Below are positions 1 to 9,544 of a stretch of DNA of 35,867 nucleotides, one piece after another. The notes beneath the pieces are model-generated. The model saw only the letters and a list, made by a program, of their open reading frames with translations. It ran no database searches and was not told the origin of the DNA. This DNA is from a virus. Taxonomy: Duplodnaviria > Heunggongvirae > Uroviricota > Caudoviricetes. Position 1 is the stretch's first letter. Each line of letters starts with the position of its first letter. A program made the translations under genes and the position numbers. Location: positions 1 to 35,867 of IMG/VR virus record IMGVR_UViG_2563366856_000003; one strand, 5' to 3'.

Positions 1-1362
1 ATGTTTAAACCGGAACTCCTTTCCCCGGCGGGAACGCTGAAAAATATGCGTTACGCTTTCGCTTATGGCGCAGATGCTGTTTATGCGGGCCAGCCGCGTT
101 ACTCCCTGCGTGTGCGCAACAACGAATTCAACCACGAAAATCTTCAGCTCGGCATCAATGAAGCCCACGCACTGGGGAAAAAGTTTTATGTCGTGGTCAA
201 CATTGCACCGCACAACGCCAAGCTGAAAACCTTTATCCGTGACCTGAAACCGGTGGTGGAAATGGGGCCGGATGCGCTGATTATGTCCGATCCAGGGCTG
301 ATTATGCTGGTACGTGAGCACTTCCCGGAGATGCCAATCCACCTCTCGGTACAGGCTAACGCCGTAAACTGGGCGACGGTGAAATTCTGGCAGCAAATGG
401 GTCTGACCCGCGTGATCCTCTCTCGCGAACTGTCACTGGAAGAGATTGAAGAGATCCGCAATCAGGTGCCGGATATGGAGATCGAAATCTTCGTTCACGG
501 CGCGCTGTGCATGGCCTACTCCGGTCGCTGCCTGCTCTCTGGCTATATCAACAAGCGCGACCCGAACCAGGGCACCTGCACCAACGCCTGCCGCTGGGAG
601 TACAACGTCCAGGAAGGGAAAGAAGATGACGTTGGCAACATCGTACACAAGTACGAGCCGATTCCGGTGCAAAATGTTGAGCCGACGCTGGGTATCGGCG
701 CGCCAACCGACAAAGTGTTTATGATCGAAGAAGCCCAGCGTCCGGGCGAGTATATGACCGCGTTTGAAGATGAGCACGGCACTTACATCATGAACTCGAA
801 AGATCTGCGCGCCATCGCCCATGTTGAACGCCTGACCAAAATGGGCGTGCATTCGCTGAAAATCGAAGGCCGTACCAAATCTTTCTACTATTGCGCACGC
901 ACCGCGCAGGTTTACCGTAAAGCTATCGATGACGCCGCTGCGGGCAAACCGTTCGATACCAGCCTGCTGGAAACTCTGGAAGGTCTGGCGCATCGTGGCT
1001 ATACCGAAGGTTTCCTGCGTCGTCATACTCACGACGATTATCAGAACTACGAATACGGTTATTCAGTTTCTGACCGCCAGCAGTTTGTTGGTGAGTTTAC
1101 CGGTGAGCGCAAGGGGGACCTCGCGGCGGTAGCGGTGAAAAATAAATTCTCCGTTGGCGACAGCCTTGAGCTAATGACGCCGCAAGGCAACATTAACTTT
1201 ACCCTTGAGCACATGGAAAACGCCAAAGGTGAAGCTATGCCGGTCGCACCAGGCGATGGTTATACTGTGTGGCTCCCGGTGCCGCAGGATCTTGAGCTAA
1301 ATTACGCGCTGCTGATGCGTAATTTCTCCGGGGAAACCACGCGTAACCCCCACGGTAAGTGA
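1..1362 (+). CDS. yegQ: Peptidase U32 family protein YegQ (tRNA hydroxylation protein TrhP)
   Basis: 453-aa ORF starting at window base 1 (MFKPELLSPAGTLKNMRYAF...), recognised as E. coli YegQ; host flank upstream of cyaR. Confidence 0.9.
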   Translation: MFKPELLSPAGTLKNMRYAFAYGADAVYAGQPRYSLRVRNNEFNHENLQLGINEAHALGKKFYVVVNIAPHNAKLKTFIRDLKPVVEMGPDALIMSDPGLIMLVREHFPEMPIHLSVQANAVNWATVKFWQQMGLTRVILSRELSLEEIEEIRNQVPDMEIEIFVHGALCMAYSGRCLLSGYINKRDPNQGTCTNACRWEYNVQEGKEDDVGNIVHKYEPIPVQNVEPTLGIGAPTDKVFMIEEAQRPGEYMTAFEDEHGTYIMNSKDLRAIAHVERLTKMGVHSLKIEGRTKSFYYCARTAQVYRKAIDDAAAGKPFDTSLLETLEGLAHRGYTEGFLRRHTHDDYQNYEYGYSVSDRQQFVGEFTGERKGDLAAVAVKNKFSVGDSLELMTPQGNINFTLEHMENAKGEAMPVAPGDGYTVWLPVPQDLELNYALLMRNFSGETTRNPHGK

Positions 1363-1393
1363 TTAATTTCGATTATTTTTCCCGGATGGAAAA

Positions 1394-1415
1394 TTCTTAG
1401 AAACCGATCACATAC
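1394..1415 (+). promoter_or_regulatory. Putative CRP site and -10 element of the cyaR promoter
   Basis: Perfect TCACA half-site at 1408-1412 centred about -42 from the cyaR 5' end, with TATCAT -10 at 1434-1439; left half-site is poor; cyaR is known to be CRP-activated. Confidence 0.4.
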
Positions 1416-1446
1416 AGCTGCATTTATTAAGGTTATCATCCGTTTC

Positions 1447-1533
1447 GCTGAAAAACATAACCCATAAAATGCTAGCTGTACCAGGAACCACCTCCTTAGC
1501 CTGTGTAATCTCCCTTACACGGGCTTATTTTTT
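1447..1533 (+). ncRNA. cyaR: CyaR (RyeE) Hfq-dependent small RNA
   Basis: Sequence GCTGAAAAACATAACCCATAAAATGCTAGCTGTACCAGGAACCACCTCCTTAGCCTGTGTAATCTCCCTTACACGGGCTTATTTTTT matches recalled CyaR, ending in a stem-loop plus U-run. Confidence 0.85.
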
Positions 1534-1534
1534 A
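1508..1534. other. attL: Prophage attL core (27-bp P2-type att core overlapping cyaR 3' end)
   Basis: AATCTCCCTTACACGGGCTTATTTTTT is repeated with one mismatch at 35196-35222 next to int; its reverse complement matches the recalled P2 27-bp core. Confidence 0.7.
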
Positions 1535-1597
1535 CGCGTAATACAATGAAATAAAAGGATTTATTTCTGGTCACGTCCACACATTGACCACATCGAC

Positions 1598-1621
1598 AAA
1601 AAAGCCCCTCGACTGAGGGGC
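1598..1621 (-). terminator. Intrinsic terminator downstream of ogr
   Basis: On minus strand: stem AGCCCCTC / GAGGGGCT with 4-nt loop followed by TTTTTT, immediately after the ogr stop. Confidence 0.6.
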
Positions 1622-1634
1622 TTCCTGTTTGTAA

Positions 1635-1853
1635 TTACATCCACATAATTTGCTGCCCTGACGGCAACGGGTGCGGTCTTACGGCGTGGACTTCTCCCGG
1701 CTTCACGATGTATCGCTGTACCGACTCATAAGTGATGAACGTGGCGCTGCAATTCACGTTCTGACACTGGTGATAACGCTCTTTTGTCGTGTCAGTGATA
1801 TAGCGGCTTGTACGCGCATGTGCGGCATGCTGGCATAAAGGACAATGAAACAT
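1635..1853 (-). CDS. ogr: Late gene transcriptional activator Ogr (C4 zinc finger)
   Basis: 72-aa product MFHCPLCQHAAHARTSRYITDTTKERYHQCQNVNCSATF... from internal ATG of the 93-aa ORF; matches P2 Ogr. Confidence 0.9.
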   Translation of the reverse strand: MFHCPLCQHAAHARTSRYITDTTKERYHQCQNVNCSATFITYESVQRYIVKPGEVHAVRPHPLPSGQQIMWM

Positions 1854-1934
1854 CGCGAGCACCTCTTCCGGTTTTGTTGATGGTGCCATTTTAGTTAATT
1901 TATTCTTATAAAACAAACAGATAAAATAAAAACA

Positions 1935-3098
1935 TCACTCATCATCTTCTGTTTCGTACTCCACATCAGAAAGCCTGACCTCAAGCTCCAAGGACGTCGT
2001 GAAGCCGCTATTATTCAGAAAATGTGTCACCTTAGTGATTGTCCAGTCCTGCTCGTCTATGACGCGCTTAAAGCCTGACACTTTAACCGGTGTTTCCGTG
2101 TAAATATCAGCACGACCGGTAGCCAGACTGATGGAGAACTCCGCAACGCCCCGTTGCAGCTTATCCCACTTCGCCTGAGCGGCGCGCATGGCCTGCGCTT
2201 TCGTGGCATATACCGTGGTCAGGGCAAAAACGTTGTCAGCCTCACCGGCCATGTATTCACCTTCACGCGCTTCCGGTACTTTAGGCGCTTTCTTCTGCCT
2301 GACCGGTTTCGCTTTCGGGTGCTCCAGTGCGCGCAGGTGTTTCTCTTTCTTTTTGCGTTTCAGTTTTACCTTCTGCTTTTGCGGTTTCGGGTCTTTGGTG
2401 TGTAACCACTTTGCCGTTACGCCTGTATAGGCTCCGCGGTCAGCAATCGCAAAATGATGACGGTCGCCGTCGCTGCGGGTGATGGTAATCTGCGGGATTT
2501 TTTTACCGCTGGCCGTCACCCCCTGCCCCGCTTTGAGAAACAGCAGTTTTCCCATTTTTACCGACACCTCACCGCCGTTGCGTTCAGCAAGACGGGTCAG
2601 GAATTTCGCATCAGACTCCTGCGACTGGTCGATGTGCGGGATTTTAATTCCTGCCAGTGACGGCGCGACACTGGCTTCCAGCCTGTTACGGGAGGCTATC
2701 GCCTCAACAATCGCACCGAGCGTGGTGTCATGCCATGAGCCTTCACGGCGGGAATTGAGCGTCCCGCGAAAATCTGCACTCCGGGCGCGGATGGTGACCA
2801 CATCCGGTGCGCCCCGGTGTTCAACCTCATCAACGGTGAATTTCCCTTTGCATACCAGGGCAAAACCTTTCCAGCCGATATACACCGTCAGGACAGCGCC
2901 ACGAACCGGCAGCCCGACCTGCCCGTCGGCATCGTTCAGTTCAATATCAAGCTGGTCAGCCTCAAAGCCCCGGTTATCCGTCAGGGTCATACTCATCAGA
3001 CGGTCGCTGATATTGCCGGTAATATCCCTGCTGTCGAGCATCAGCATGTAATCCGGCGTCAGCGTACTGCCTGCATCAAATGTCAGCGCATCCAGCAT
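1935..3098 (-). CDS. D: Tail protein D
   Basis: 387-aa ORF, same length and N-terminus as P2 gpD; position ogr-proximal. Confidence 0.95.
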   Translation of the reverse strand: MLDALTFDAGSTLTPDYMLMLDSRDITGNISDRLMSMTLTDNRGFEADQLDIELNDADGQVGLPVRGAVLTVYIGWKGFALVCKGKFTVDEVEHRGAPDVVTIRARSADFRGTLNSRREGSWHDTTLGAIVEAIASRNRLEASVAPSLAGIKIPHIDQSQESDAKFLTRLAERNGGEVSVKMGKLLFLKAGQGVTASGKKIPQITITRSDGDRHHFAIADRGAYTGVTAKWLHTKDPKPQKQKVKLKRKKKEKHLRALEHPKAKPVRQKKAPKVPEAREGEYMAGEADNVFALTTVYATKAQAMRAAQAKWDKLQRGVAEFSISLATGRADIYTETPVKVSGFKRVIDEQDWTITKVTHFLNNSGFTTSLELEVRLSDVEYETEDDE

Positions 3099-3577
3099 TA
3101 TTCCGCCCCCGTCATCCCCGTGAATTTAGTCGCCATACTGCCAGCCTTACCGATGAGCGATTCTGCCTGTTTACCGATATCGCCATAAAGCGCGGCCAGT
3201 GATTCATCCACGCGGGTGAGTGACAGCGTAAAATCAATTTTCCGGGGTGTGCCGTCTGCAAAGAAAATACTCCCTGTTTCACTCACCCTGCTGATGACAT
3301 ACATGCCGTAAATCATGCCTGTGCCATCCAGCAACGGCCACGCCCGGCCTTCCTCTGCCATCAGTCTGAGCGTGGTCATCGTCAGCTTGCCGCCGGTCAG
3401 TTCGGGATAAAGCACACCGGCAAGCGTCATGTTTTCCTCACCAACGCCGAGAAACTGGTAGGCATCCCGTTTACCGATACGGGAATTTGACGGCCAGCGA
3501 TAATCTGATTCACGCTGCATGGTCTGGTGTGGCAGCGTCTGGCGCATAAAAACAAACATACCTAACGCGAGCATCAT
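3098..3577 (-). CDS. U: Tail protein U
   Basis: 159-aa ORF matching P2 gpU; stop/start overlap with D. Confidence 0.95.
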   Translation of the reverse strand: MMLALGMFVFMRQTLPHQTMQRESDYRWPSNSRIGKRDAYQFLGVGEENMTLAGVLYPELTGGKLTMTTLRLMAEEGRAWPLLDGTGMIYGMYVISRVSETGSIFFADGTPRKIDFTLSLTRVDESLAALYGDIGKQAESLIGKAGSMATKFTGMTGAE

Positions 3578-3591
3578 TTTTCGTCACCTCC

Positions 3592-6039
3592 TTAACCGTC
3601 ATGCATCATGCTGGCACGGGCGCGCGCACGTTTATCCCGCTCGTATTTTTCGAGCGCATCCTGTAACTGGCGGTCAAGCTGTGTCCCCGGTGCAGTACCA
3701 CCCGTCAGGCTGATGTGATATTCGTTTTTACTCTGGTCCACATAAGAGCGGCCAGCCGGTGCCGTGACCGGCTGATAAGCCTGATAACCTGCATAAGAGC
3801 TGGTCGCCGGAATATAACCACCGCTGCCATACGTGGCGGCTTGAGTTCTGGCGGCGGTCTGGTCAAGTGTGTCTGACTCTTTGTTGATAACACCGAGTTT
3901 TTCCAGTACCCAGTCAATACCACTGCGCAGTTTGTTGAACGCATTAAGCGGCAGCATCAGCGCGTCAGCCAGTGCCTGCCCGAACATGACGCCCGTGTCA
4001 CGGCAACGGTTCAGGGTGTCCTGGGTAGCTTTGACCGGGGCAATCAGGTTTTTAAACCACTGCCACGCGGCCTGTAACTTTTCACCCAGCCAGTCAAACA
4101 CCGGCTTAAGTGGCGTGAACAGTTCCCCCACTGGCGCAAATGCTGCTTTCAGCCCTTCAACCACACCGCCAAAGAATGCGCTGACAGGCTCCCAGTATTT
4201 ACGGATAAGCAACGCCCCGGCGACAATGGTGGCCACCACGGCCACAACCGGCCAGCTAATCGCCCCGATGGCGGTCATAACAGCACTGCCAACCGTCGTG
4301 AAGACTGCCCCCATTGCGCCTGCTGCCGCGATGATGGCATTAATGCCGGTGATAACCGGCCAGGCTACAAGACCAATTGCACCGATGATGCCAGTAAGCG
4401 CCAGTGCACCACCGACAATAAGGCCGATGGTTGACGCCAGTGATTTGTTTTTCTGGATCCAGCCGTCGAGTTTTAACACATACTTTGTGGCCGTCTGCGT
4501 GAGCTTACGCAGTGCGCCTTCCTGCTGGTCAAACAGGTCAGTCCCCACCGCCTCATAAGCGGACTGAAACTCCTTAAAGTCACCGCCGAGGTTGTCCTGC
4601 ATGATATTTACCAGCTCTGCGCTCTTTCCGTCTGAGGCTTTAAACGCAGCGGTCAGTTTGTCCAGCTTTCCGGTTGAGGCGGCAGTCATCAGCACGGCGG
4701 CGGCTGAACTGGCCTCCTCCCCGAAAATGGTTTTCATGTATTCAGCCTGCTGGGCAGTACCGAGCCGGTTTTTCTCAAAGCTGGCCTGCATTTCTTTCAG
4801 AATGGTAAATACTGGCCGGGTGTTTCCCTTACTGTCTGAGGTTTTCACGCCAAGCTCTTTCAGTGCATCCCATGCTTTTCCCGTCGGTGCCTGCAGGCGG
4901 CTTAACACGGCACGGCTTCCCGTCCCCGCCATTGAACCGGTAATTTTTGCATCATGCAGCGCCCCGACCATTGCGGCGGTTTCTTCAATGCTGACACCAG
5001 CATTTTTTGACACAGGTGCGGCATAGGTCAGCGCATCGCTCATGCCATCAAAATCGGCGGCGGTTTTGTTCATCGTCATGGAGAGAACATCCCCGATATG
5101 AGCGACCTTATCGTTTGAAAGCTGAAAGGCGGATTTCATCCCCATCAGCAGGGCGGCGTTTTCTTCCATCGTGCGGCGGTTCGCCAGCGCCATGTTCAGC
5201 GTGACCGGCGTTGCCGCCTGAATGGCATCAACATCCCCACCCGCTTTCGCGATGATAATCTGTGCACCGGCTGCATCATCTGCCGAGGCGGCGGTATTGT
5301 CGCCGAGCTGGCGCGCCTGCTTGCGTAGCGCGGCCATTTCGGCAGAGTCTTTTTCCACACCGAGCACGGCCTGTAATTCTGAGTTTTTCTGCGCAAACTC
5401 ATAACCGGGCATCAGCAGCTTAACTCCGGCCATCGTTCCCGCCGCCGCAATACCCACACCGGCAGCGCCCACCGAGGCCATATTTCCGGCCAGTTCCTTT
5501 CCGACCTGATAACGCTGTTTTACTGCATTAAGTTTTGCCTGTTGCGCACTGACACGCGCCAGCGCATCACGCTGACGGTTAAGCTGTGTGGTGGTTTCGC
5601 TGATACGATTTTTCAGCCCTCGTTCATCATGCGCCAGATTACGGGTATTAATACCCGCCTGACTCAATTCCTGACGCTGGCGCTGTACCGACAATCTCAG
5701 GCTGTTATATTTCGCCTGTAACTCAGACGCGTTTTTACGCGCGGCTTCCATTGCCTTTGCCTGTGCATTTGTCGGTCGTTCAGTATTTGTAAACTGGACA
5801 GCCAGAGCTGCGGCTTCCTGTCTGGCTTTTTTCAGTTCCTGACCAGTCACGGCTAGCTGTGCACTGGTCTTGCGGAATCCCTCAATACGGGATGCGTGAC
5901 CGTTCAGCTCGCGCAGCGATTTTTGTGTTTCCCGGATGTCCCCCGACAGCGACTTACTCGCTGTGCGGATGGATTTAAACGGGCGGGATGCCTGGTCAAC
6001 AGCCCTGAGCAATACCTTTAATTTTACATTGTTACTCAT
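3592..6039 (-). CDS. T: Tail tape measure protein T
   Basis: 815-aa ORF, coiled-coil N-terminus, Gly/Ala-rich hydrophobic middle; same length as P2 gpT. Confidence 0.95.
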   Translation of the reverse strand: MSNNVKLKVLLRAVDQASRPFKSIRTASKSLSGDIRETQKSLRELNGHASRIEGFRKTSAQLAVTGQELKKARQEAAALAVQFTNTERPTNAQAKAMEAARKNASELQAKYNSLRLSVQRQRQELSQAGINTRNLAHDERGLKNRISETTTQLNRQRDALARVSAQQAKLNAVKQRYQVGKELAGNMASVGAAGVGIAAAGTMAGVKLLMPGYEFAQKNSELQAVLGVEKDSAEMAALRKQARQLGDNTAASADDAAGAQIIIAKAGGDVDAIQAATPVTLNMALANRRTMEENAALLMGMKSAFQLSNDKVAHIGDVLSMTMNKTAADFDGMSDALTYAAPVSKNAGVSIEETAAMVGALHDAKITGSMAGTGSRAVLSRLQAPTGKAWDALKELGVKTSDSKGNTRPVFTILKEMQASFEKNRLGTAQQAEYMKTIFGEEASSAAAVLMTAASTGKLDKLTAAFKASDGKSAELVNIMQDNLGGDFKEFQSAYEAVGTDLFDQQEGALRKLTQTATKYVLKLDGWIQKNKSLASTIGLIVGGALALTGIIGAIGLVAWPVITGINAIIAAAGAMGAVFTTVGSAVMTAIGAISWPVVAVVATIVAGALLIRKYWEPVSAFFGGVVEGLKAAFAPVGELFTPLKPVFDWLGEKLQAAWQWFKNLIAPVKATQDTLNRCRDTGVMFGQALADALMLPLNAFNKLRSGIDWVLEKLGVINKESDTLDQTAARTQAATYGSGGYIPATSSYAGYQAYQPVTAPAGRSYVDQSKNEYHISLTGGTAPGTQLDRQLQDALEKYERDKRARARASMMHDG

Positions 6040-6459
6040 TCGTGTTTCCGCTTCGCCGGAGCGCCTTTTCGCGCCATGTGATGAGTTCGCTCAGACTCAT
6101 GGGATACAGTTCTGATGGCGGCCAGTGAAATATCACTGCCACATCCGCCATCAGGTCATCGACCGACAGATTTTTCGGAAACGTCACTGCACCGAGTTCG
6201 GCGACAAAAAACCGACCACCTTACCGGCCAGCGCCACAAGGTCAGGCAGTTCCAGCGCGGCGACTTCCTGCTCGGTCAGCATCGGTGCCGTCATGCGCGG
6301 CAGCACTTTAATCAGTGCATCGACTTCGGAGTTTGCGACCGCAGCCAGACTGACACCGCGCAGCGTCCCGGCATTGGGTTTCATCAGCGTGACCTGTTCG
6401 ATGACCTGCTCACCACGCTTGACCGGATTGTCCAGGGTAATCACATTTTCTTTGTTCAT
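6032..6459 (-). CDS. E+E': Tail assembly chaperone E+E' (programmed -1 frameshift extension of E)
   Basis: Slippery heptamer TTTTTTG on minus strand (plus 6205-6211) near the 3' end of E; the -1 frame is open from there to a TAA at 6032-6034, giving about 142 aa, as in P2 E+E'. Confidence 0.75.
6184..6459 (-). CDS. E: Tail assembly chaperone E
   Basis: 91-aa ORF MNKENVITLDNPVKRGEQVIEQV... matching P2 gpE. Confidence 0.9.
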   Translation of the reverse strand: MNKENVITLDNPVKRGEQVIEQVTLMKPNAGTLRGVSLAAVANSEVDALIKVLPRMTAPMLTEQEVAALELPDLVALAGKVVGFLSPNSVQ

Positions 6460-6516
6460 GGTTTTCTCACTTCTGAATCGGGGGTTAACCGGTCAGCCTG
6501 GCTGACCGGATGAAAA

Positions 6517-7035
6517 TCACAGGCCGATATTGCGGCGGTGTTGCTCCAGCCGGTCGACGCCGTTCACCTTCTCAATCATGTTGATGGTGTCAATTTCGAC
6601 CAGCTCCTTACCGTCCATCGTCAGCCGGAAATAGGTGCAGACCACGGAGATTTTCGACTCGGTGTCTTCTCCCTGCTTACCCTCGCCGGTGTCGATTTCT
6701 TTCTGACGTCCACGCATGACCACTTCGACGGCCACCGTTTCGCCGGTATCGTCGCGCTGGTAAGAGCCTGCAAAACGAATCGGCACGGCATCCACACCGG
6801 TTGCGGCGTAAAGCTCCCAGATAACCGAATCCGGGAATCCACCGAGCGACCACTCCATTGACAGCGCATCGTCATCAAGGCCGAGGTCTACCGGTGCGCT
6901 GCCGTTCATCCCCGCACCGCGATAGTTTTCGAGCTTACGGGTCAGTTTTGGCAGCGTGACGGACTTTGCAACGCCCTGATAGCTGTAGCCGTTCAGAAAG
7001 ACGTTCATTAACTTGAGTTTGCGCGGCATTGCCAT
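6517..7035 (-). CDS. FII: Tail tube protein FII
   Basis: 172-aa ORF matching P2 gpFII. Confidence 0.95.
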   Translation of the reverse strand: MAMPRKLKLMNVFLNGYSYQGVAKSVTLPKLTRKLENYRGAGMNGSAPVDLGLDDDALSMEWSLGGFPDSVIWELYAATGVDAVPIRFAGSYQRDDTGETVAVEVVMRGRQKEIDTGEGKQGEDTESKISVVCTYFRLTMDGKELVEIDTINMIEKVNGVDRLEQHRRNIGL

Positions 7036-7047
7036 CGGTCAGGCTCC

Positions 7048-8238
7048 TTAATTGCTGTTAACCGAGGTAACCAGACTTGCCAGGTATCTGGAAGTAATAC
7101 GCTGGCGCAGGGTCAGGTTTTCGAGAGGAGGCACCGGGGTATAGTCGTAGTCGATATACAGTTTTCCGGCCTTGAGGGTTTCCGCATCATTGGCTTCTTC
7201 ACTGAACCAGCATGTGCCATCCACGATATAACCGTTGTTTTTCAGTTCGCGGAATTTGGCATTAATGCCATCAATGATGTCACGAATCAGCGTTGCGGTA
7301 ATTGGCTTATCAATAGCCCACATGTGCGCCTCGGCCATCGTGTCGGCCAGTACCTGCGCGGTGCGGGTGTAGCTTTCAAAGAGGAACAGCGGGTCATCAG
7401 AGCAGGTACGGTTACCCCAGAAGCGGAAGCCGTCGCGGCGAATCAGCGTAGTGATGCCTGACTCGTTAAGCAGGTCAGCATCAGTGCCGGACTTCTGCAA
7501 ATCCCAGAATACAGAGGCGCTGATGCCGGTAACACCATTTACCCCGACGTTGGACAGCGTTTTATGCCAGCCCTGCTCCTGGTCGATTTTGGCACGCAGC
7601 CCCAGCGCACGGGCGGTGGCATACGCGGTGGCAGTGGTACTGGTAACCGTATCCCATGCGAGGAAATCCGGCCAGATGACCATCAGCTCACGCTGGCTGA
7701 AATTCTGACGGTAGGCTTTTGCCTCGGAAATGGTTTTACAGCCCCATGAGCTGATATACCCGAATGCATTCAGTTCCTGGCATACCGATGCCAGTGCGAC
7801 GGCAACCTCTTTGGTATCCAGCCCCGGCACACCAAGAATGCGCGGTTTAACGCCGGTAACCGACTCAGCCCCCATCAGGGCTTTCAGTCCGGTGTACTGA
7901 CCGTTTTCGTCAGTGGTGCCGATGATATTGGAAACGGTCTGCGCGAGTTTCGTTTCCTCGTCGTCGCCGGTGCCGTCTTCCACACGCACGACAACAGTGA
8001 CCGGTTTTGACTGGTCGGCGATAGCCTGCAACGACGCCGCCAGCGTGCCTTTTTTACCGGCCTTTGCAATTGCGCTCTGTACATTGGTAATCAGCACCGG
8101 TTTATTGACGGGGAAGGTTTCCGCATCCGCATCGCTGGCCGTGCAGACCATGCCGACAATGGCCGTGGATACGGTGGAAATGACGCGGGTGCCGTCGTTA
8201 ATCTCCAGCACCTGCACGCCGTGATGATAGTCACTCAT
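7048..8238 (-). CDS. FI: Tail sheath protein FI
   Basis: 396-aa product from internal ATG (MSDYHHGVQVLEINDGTRV...) of the 446-aa ORF; matches P2 gpFI start and length. Confidence 0.9.
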   Translation of the reverse strand: MSDYHHGVQVLEINDGTRVISTVSTAIVGMVCTASDADAETFPVNKPVLITNVQSAIAKAGKKGTLAASLQAIADQSKPVTVVVRVEDGTGDDEETKLAQTVSNIIGTTDENGQYTGLKALMGAESVTGVKPRILGVPGLDTKEVAVALASVCQELNAFGYISSWGCKTISEAKAYRQNFSQRELMVIWPDFLAWDTVTSTTATAYATARALGLRAKIDQEQGWHKTLSNVGVNGVTGISASVFWDLQKSGTDADLLNESGITTLIRRDGFRFWGNRTCSDDPLFLFESYTRTAQVLADTMAEAHMWAIDKPITATLIRDIIDGINAKFRELKNNGYIVDGTCWFSEEANDAETLKAGKLYIDYDYTPVPPLENLTLRQRITSRYLASLVTSVNSN

Positions 8239-8851
8239 CCGTTTAACTCCGTGGTTAATGGGTGCAACTATTTTCTGTTGTGCGAAGCATGAGACGCTAT
8301 TTGACCTGGCTGGGCAGTGGATGAAACAACAGATAAAGAAAAAGTGGGCAACTTGCCCGCCTCTATTTATTGCGGTATACCCAGCCATTCAGGATTTGTT
8401 GCTACTCATAATTACCTGCAAAGAAACAAAGAAAAGATGAAAATACAAGCTGTCTGGTACAAAGAAATCCATCAGACTTCCAACACCCCATACATGTGCC
8501 CCCACCACGGTATGCTGCTCCGCTTCCCTTTGCGGATATTTTCTATCCATCGATTTTCAGCCAGGATATGCACGTGCGCGATGAAGAATGTCACACTACT
8601 ATTGCCTTGTAAGCCCAGTTCCCGGTAAGAATAGCAACCAGCATCTGCGCTGCTACAGCACAAAGCGAGTGTATATTTGGGGGGAATATCCTTCATAAAC
8701 TGTTCGACGAAACCACGCTGTGGTTTCTCTTGTTATCAAACCGAGTGGCATTATCACTAGTTTTACTAAATTACCAACTTCACTGTGAATGATATGCATG
8801 ATAGAATCAGAAAATTAAATTATACAGATCTTAATCAATTCCGCGTTTTAT

Positions 8852-8877
8852 GCCCGTTGCTTCCACGGGCTTTTTTT
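8852..8877 (+). terminator. Intrinsic terminator (plus strand) inside the FI-H cargo island
   Basis: GCCCGT-TGCTTCC-ACGGGC hairpin followed by TTTTTTT. Confidence 0.5.
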
Positions 8878-8972
8878 AAAAAATCACCTAAAATAAATAA
8901 TTATATTCACTTTTATTCTAATACAGAATAGAATATGAAATCGTCAATTTGTACCATTAATTTTCAAATCTT

Positions 8973-9002
8973 CCCCGCCTTCGAGAGAATGCGGGGCTTT
9001 TT
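8973..9002 (+). terminator. Possible second intrinsic terminator (plus strand)
   Basis: CCCCGC / GCGGGG stem with a long 12-nt loop followed by CTTTTT; weaker than the first. Confidence 0.3.
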
Positions 9003-9150
9003 ACATGAGTACAACTTCACATTAACTATTTTTATACTTATAATTTGCTTTGCTTAAAAATGTTCAAAATGTACGCCAACATATTTAATTATGCTGATTT
9101 TATCACCAACAAAACTATCACCATGCAAACAATCCCTCGTGTTAGTTATA

Positions 9151-9166
9151 CTGCAATGCATTGCAG
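9151..9166. promoter_or_regulatory. 16-bp perfect palindrome upstream of the phase-variable ORF (candidate regulator binding site)
   Basis: CTGCAATGCATTGCAG is its own reverse complement; lies about 115 bp upstream of the ATG at 9281; a TATAAT hexamer is at 9212-9217. Confidence 0.35.
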
Positions 9167-9280
9167 CATGATGTGCTGATGACTTCATTAAATCATGTCA
9201 CAATGTTCAGATATAATGCTTCATGTTATGAGATAGCATTCTGAATATTCATAAACATTATTAACGTTAGAGGTTGCATA

Positions 9281-9515
<235 letters not shown>

Positions 9516-9544
<29 letters not shown>

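Noticed and set aside
3869-5404. Several plus-strand ORFs of 60-229 aa inside the tape-measure gene T
   Set aside because: Antisense to a well-supported 815-aa gene, Ala/Ser/Pro-rich low-complexity translations typical of the reverse strand of GC-rich coding DNA, no ribosome-binding sites
8317-8696. ORFs of 103 aa (plus) and 74 aa (minus) in the FI-H cargo island
   Set aside because: Mutually overlapping on opposite strands, no Shine-Dalgarno, Cys/His-rich odd composition; more likely non-coding or decayed. Kept only as part of the unexplained-region finding
8935-9066. 43-aa small ORF ending across the hairpin at 8973-9002
   Set aside because: No RBS, and the hairpin inside it is better explained as a terminator; cannot support as a gene
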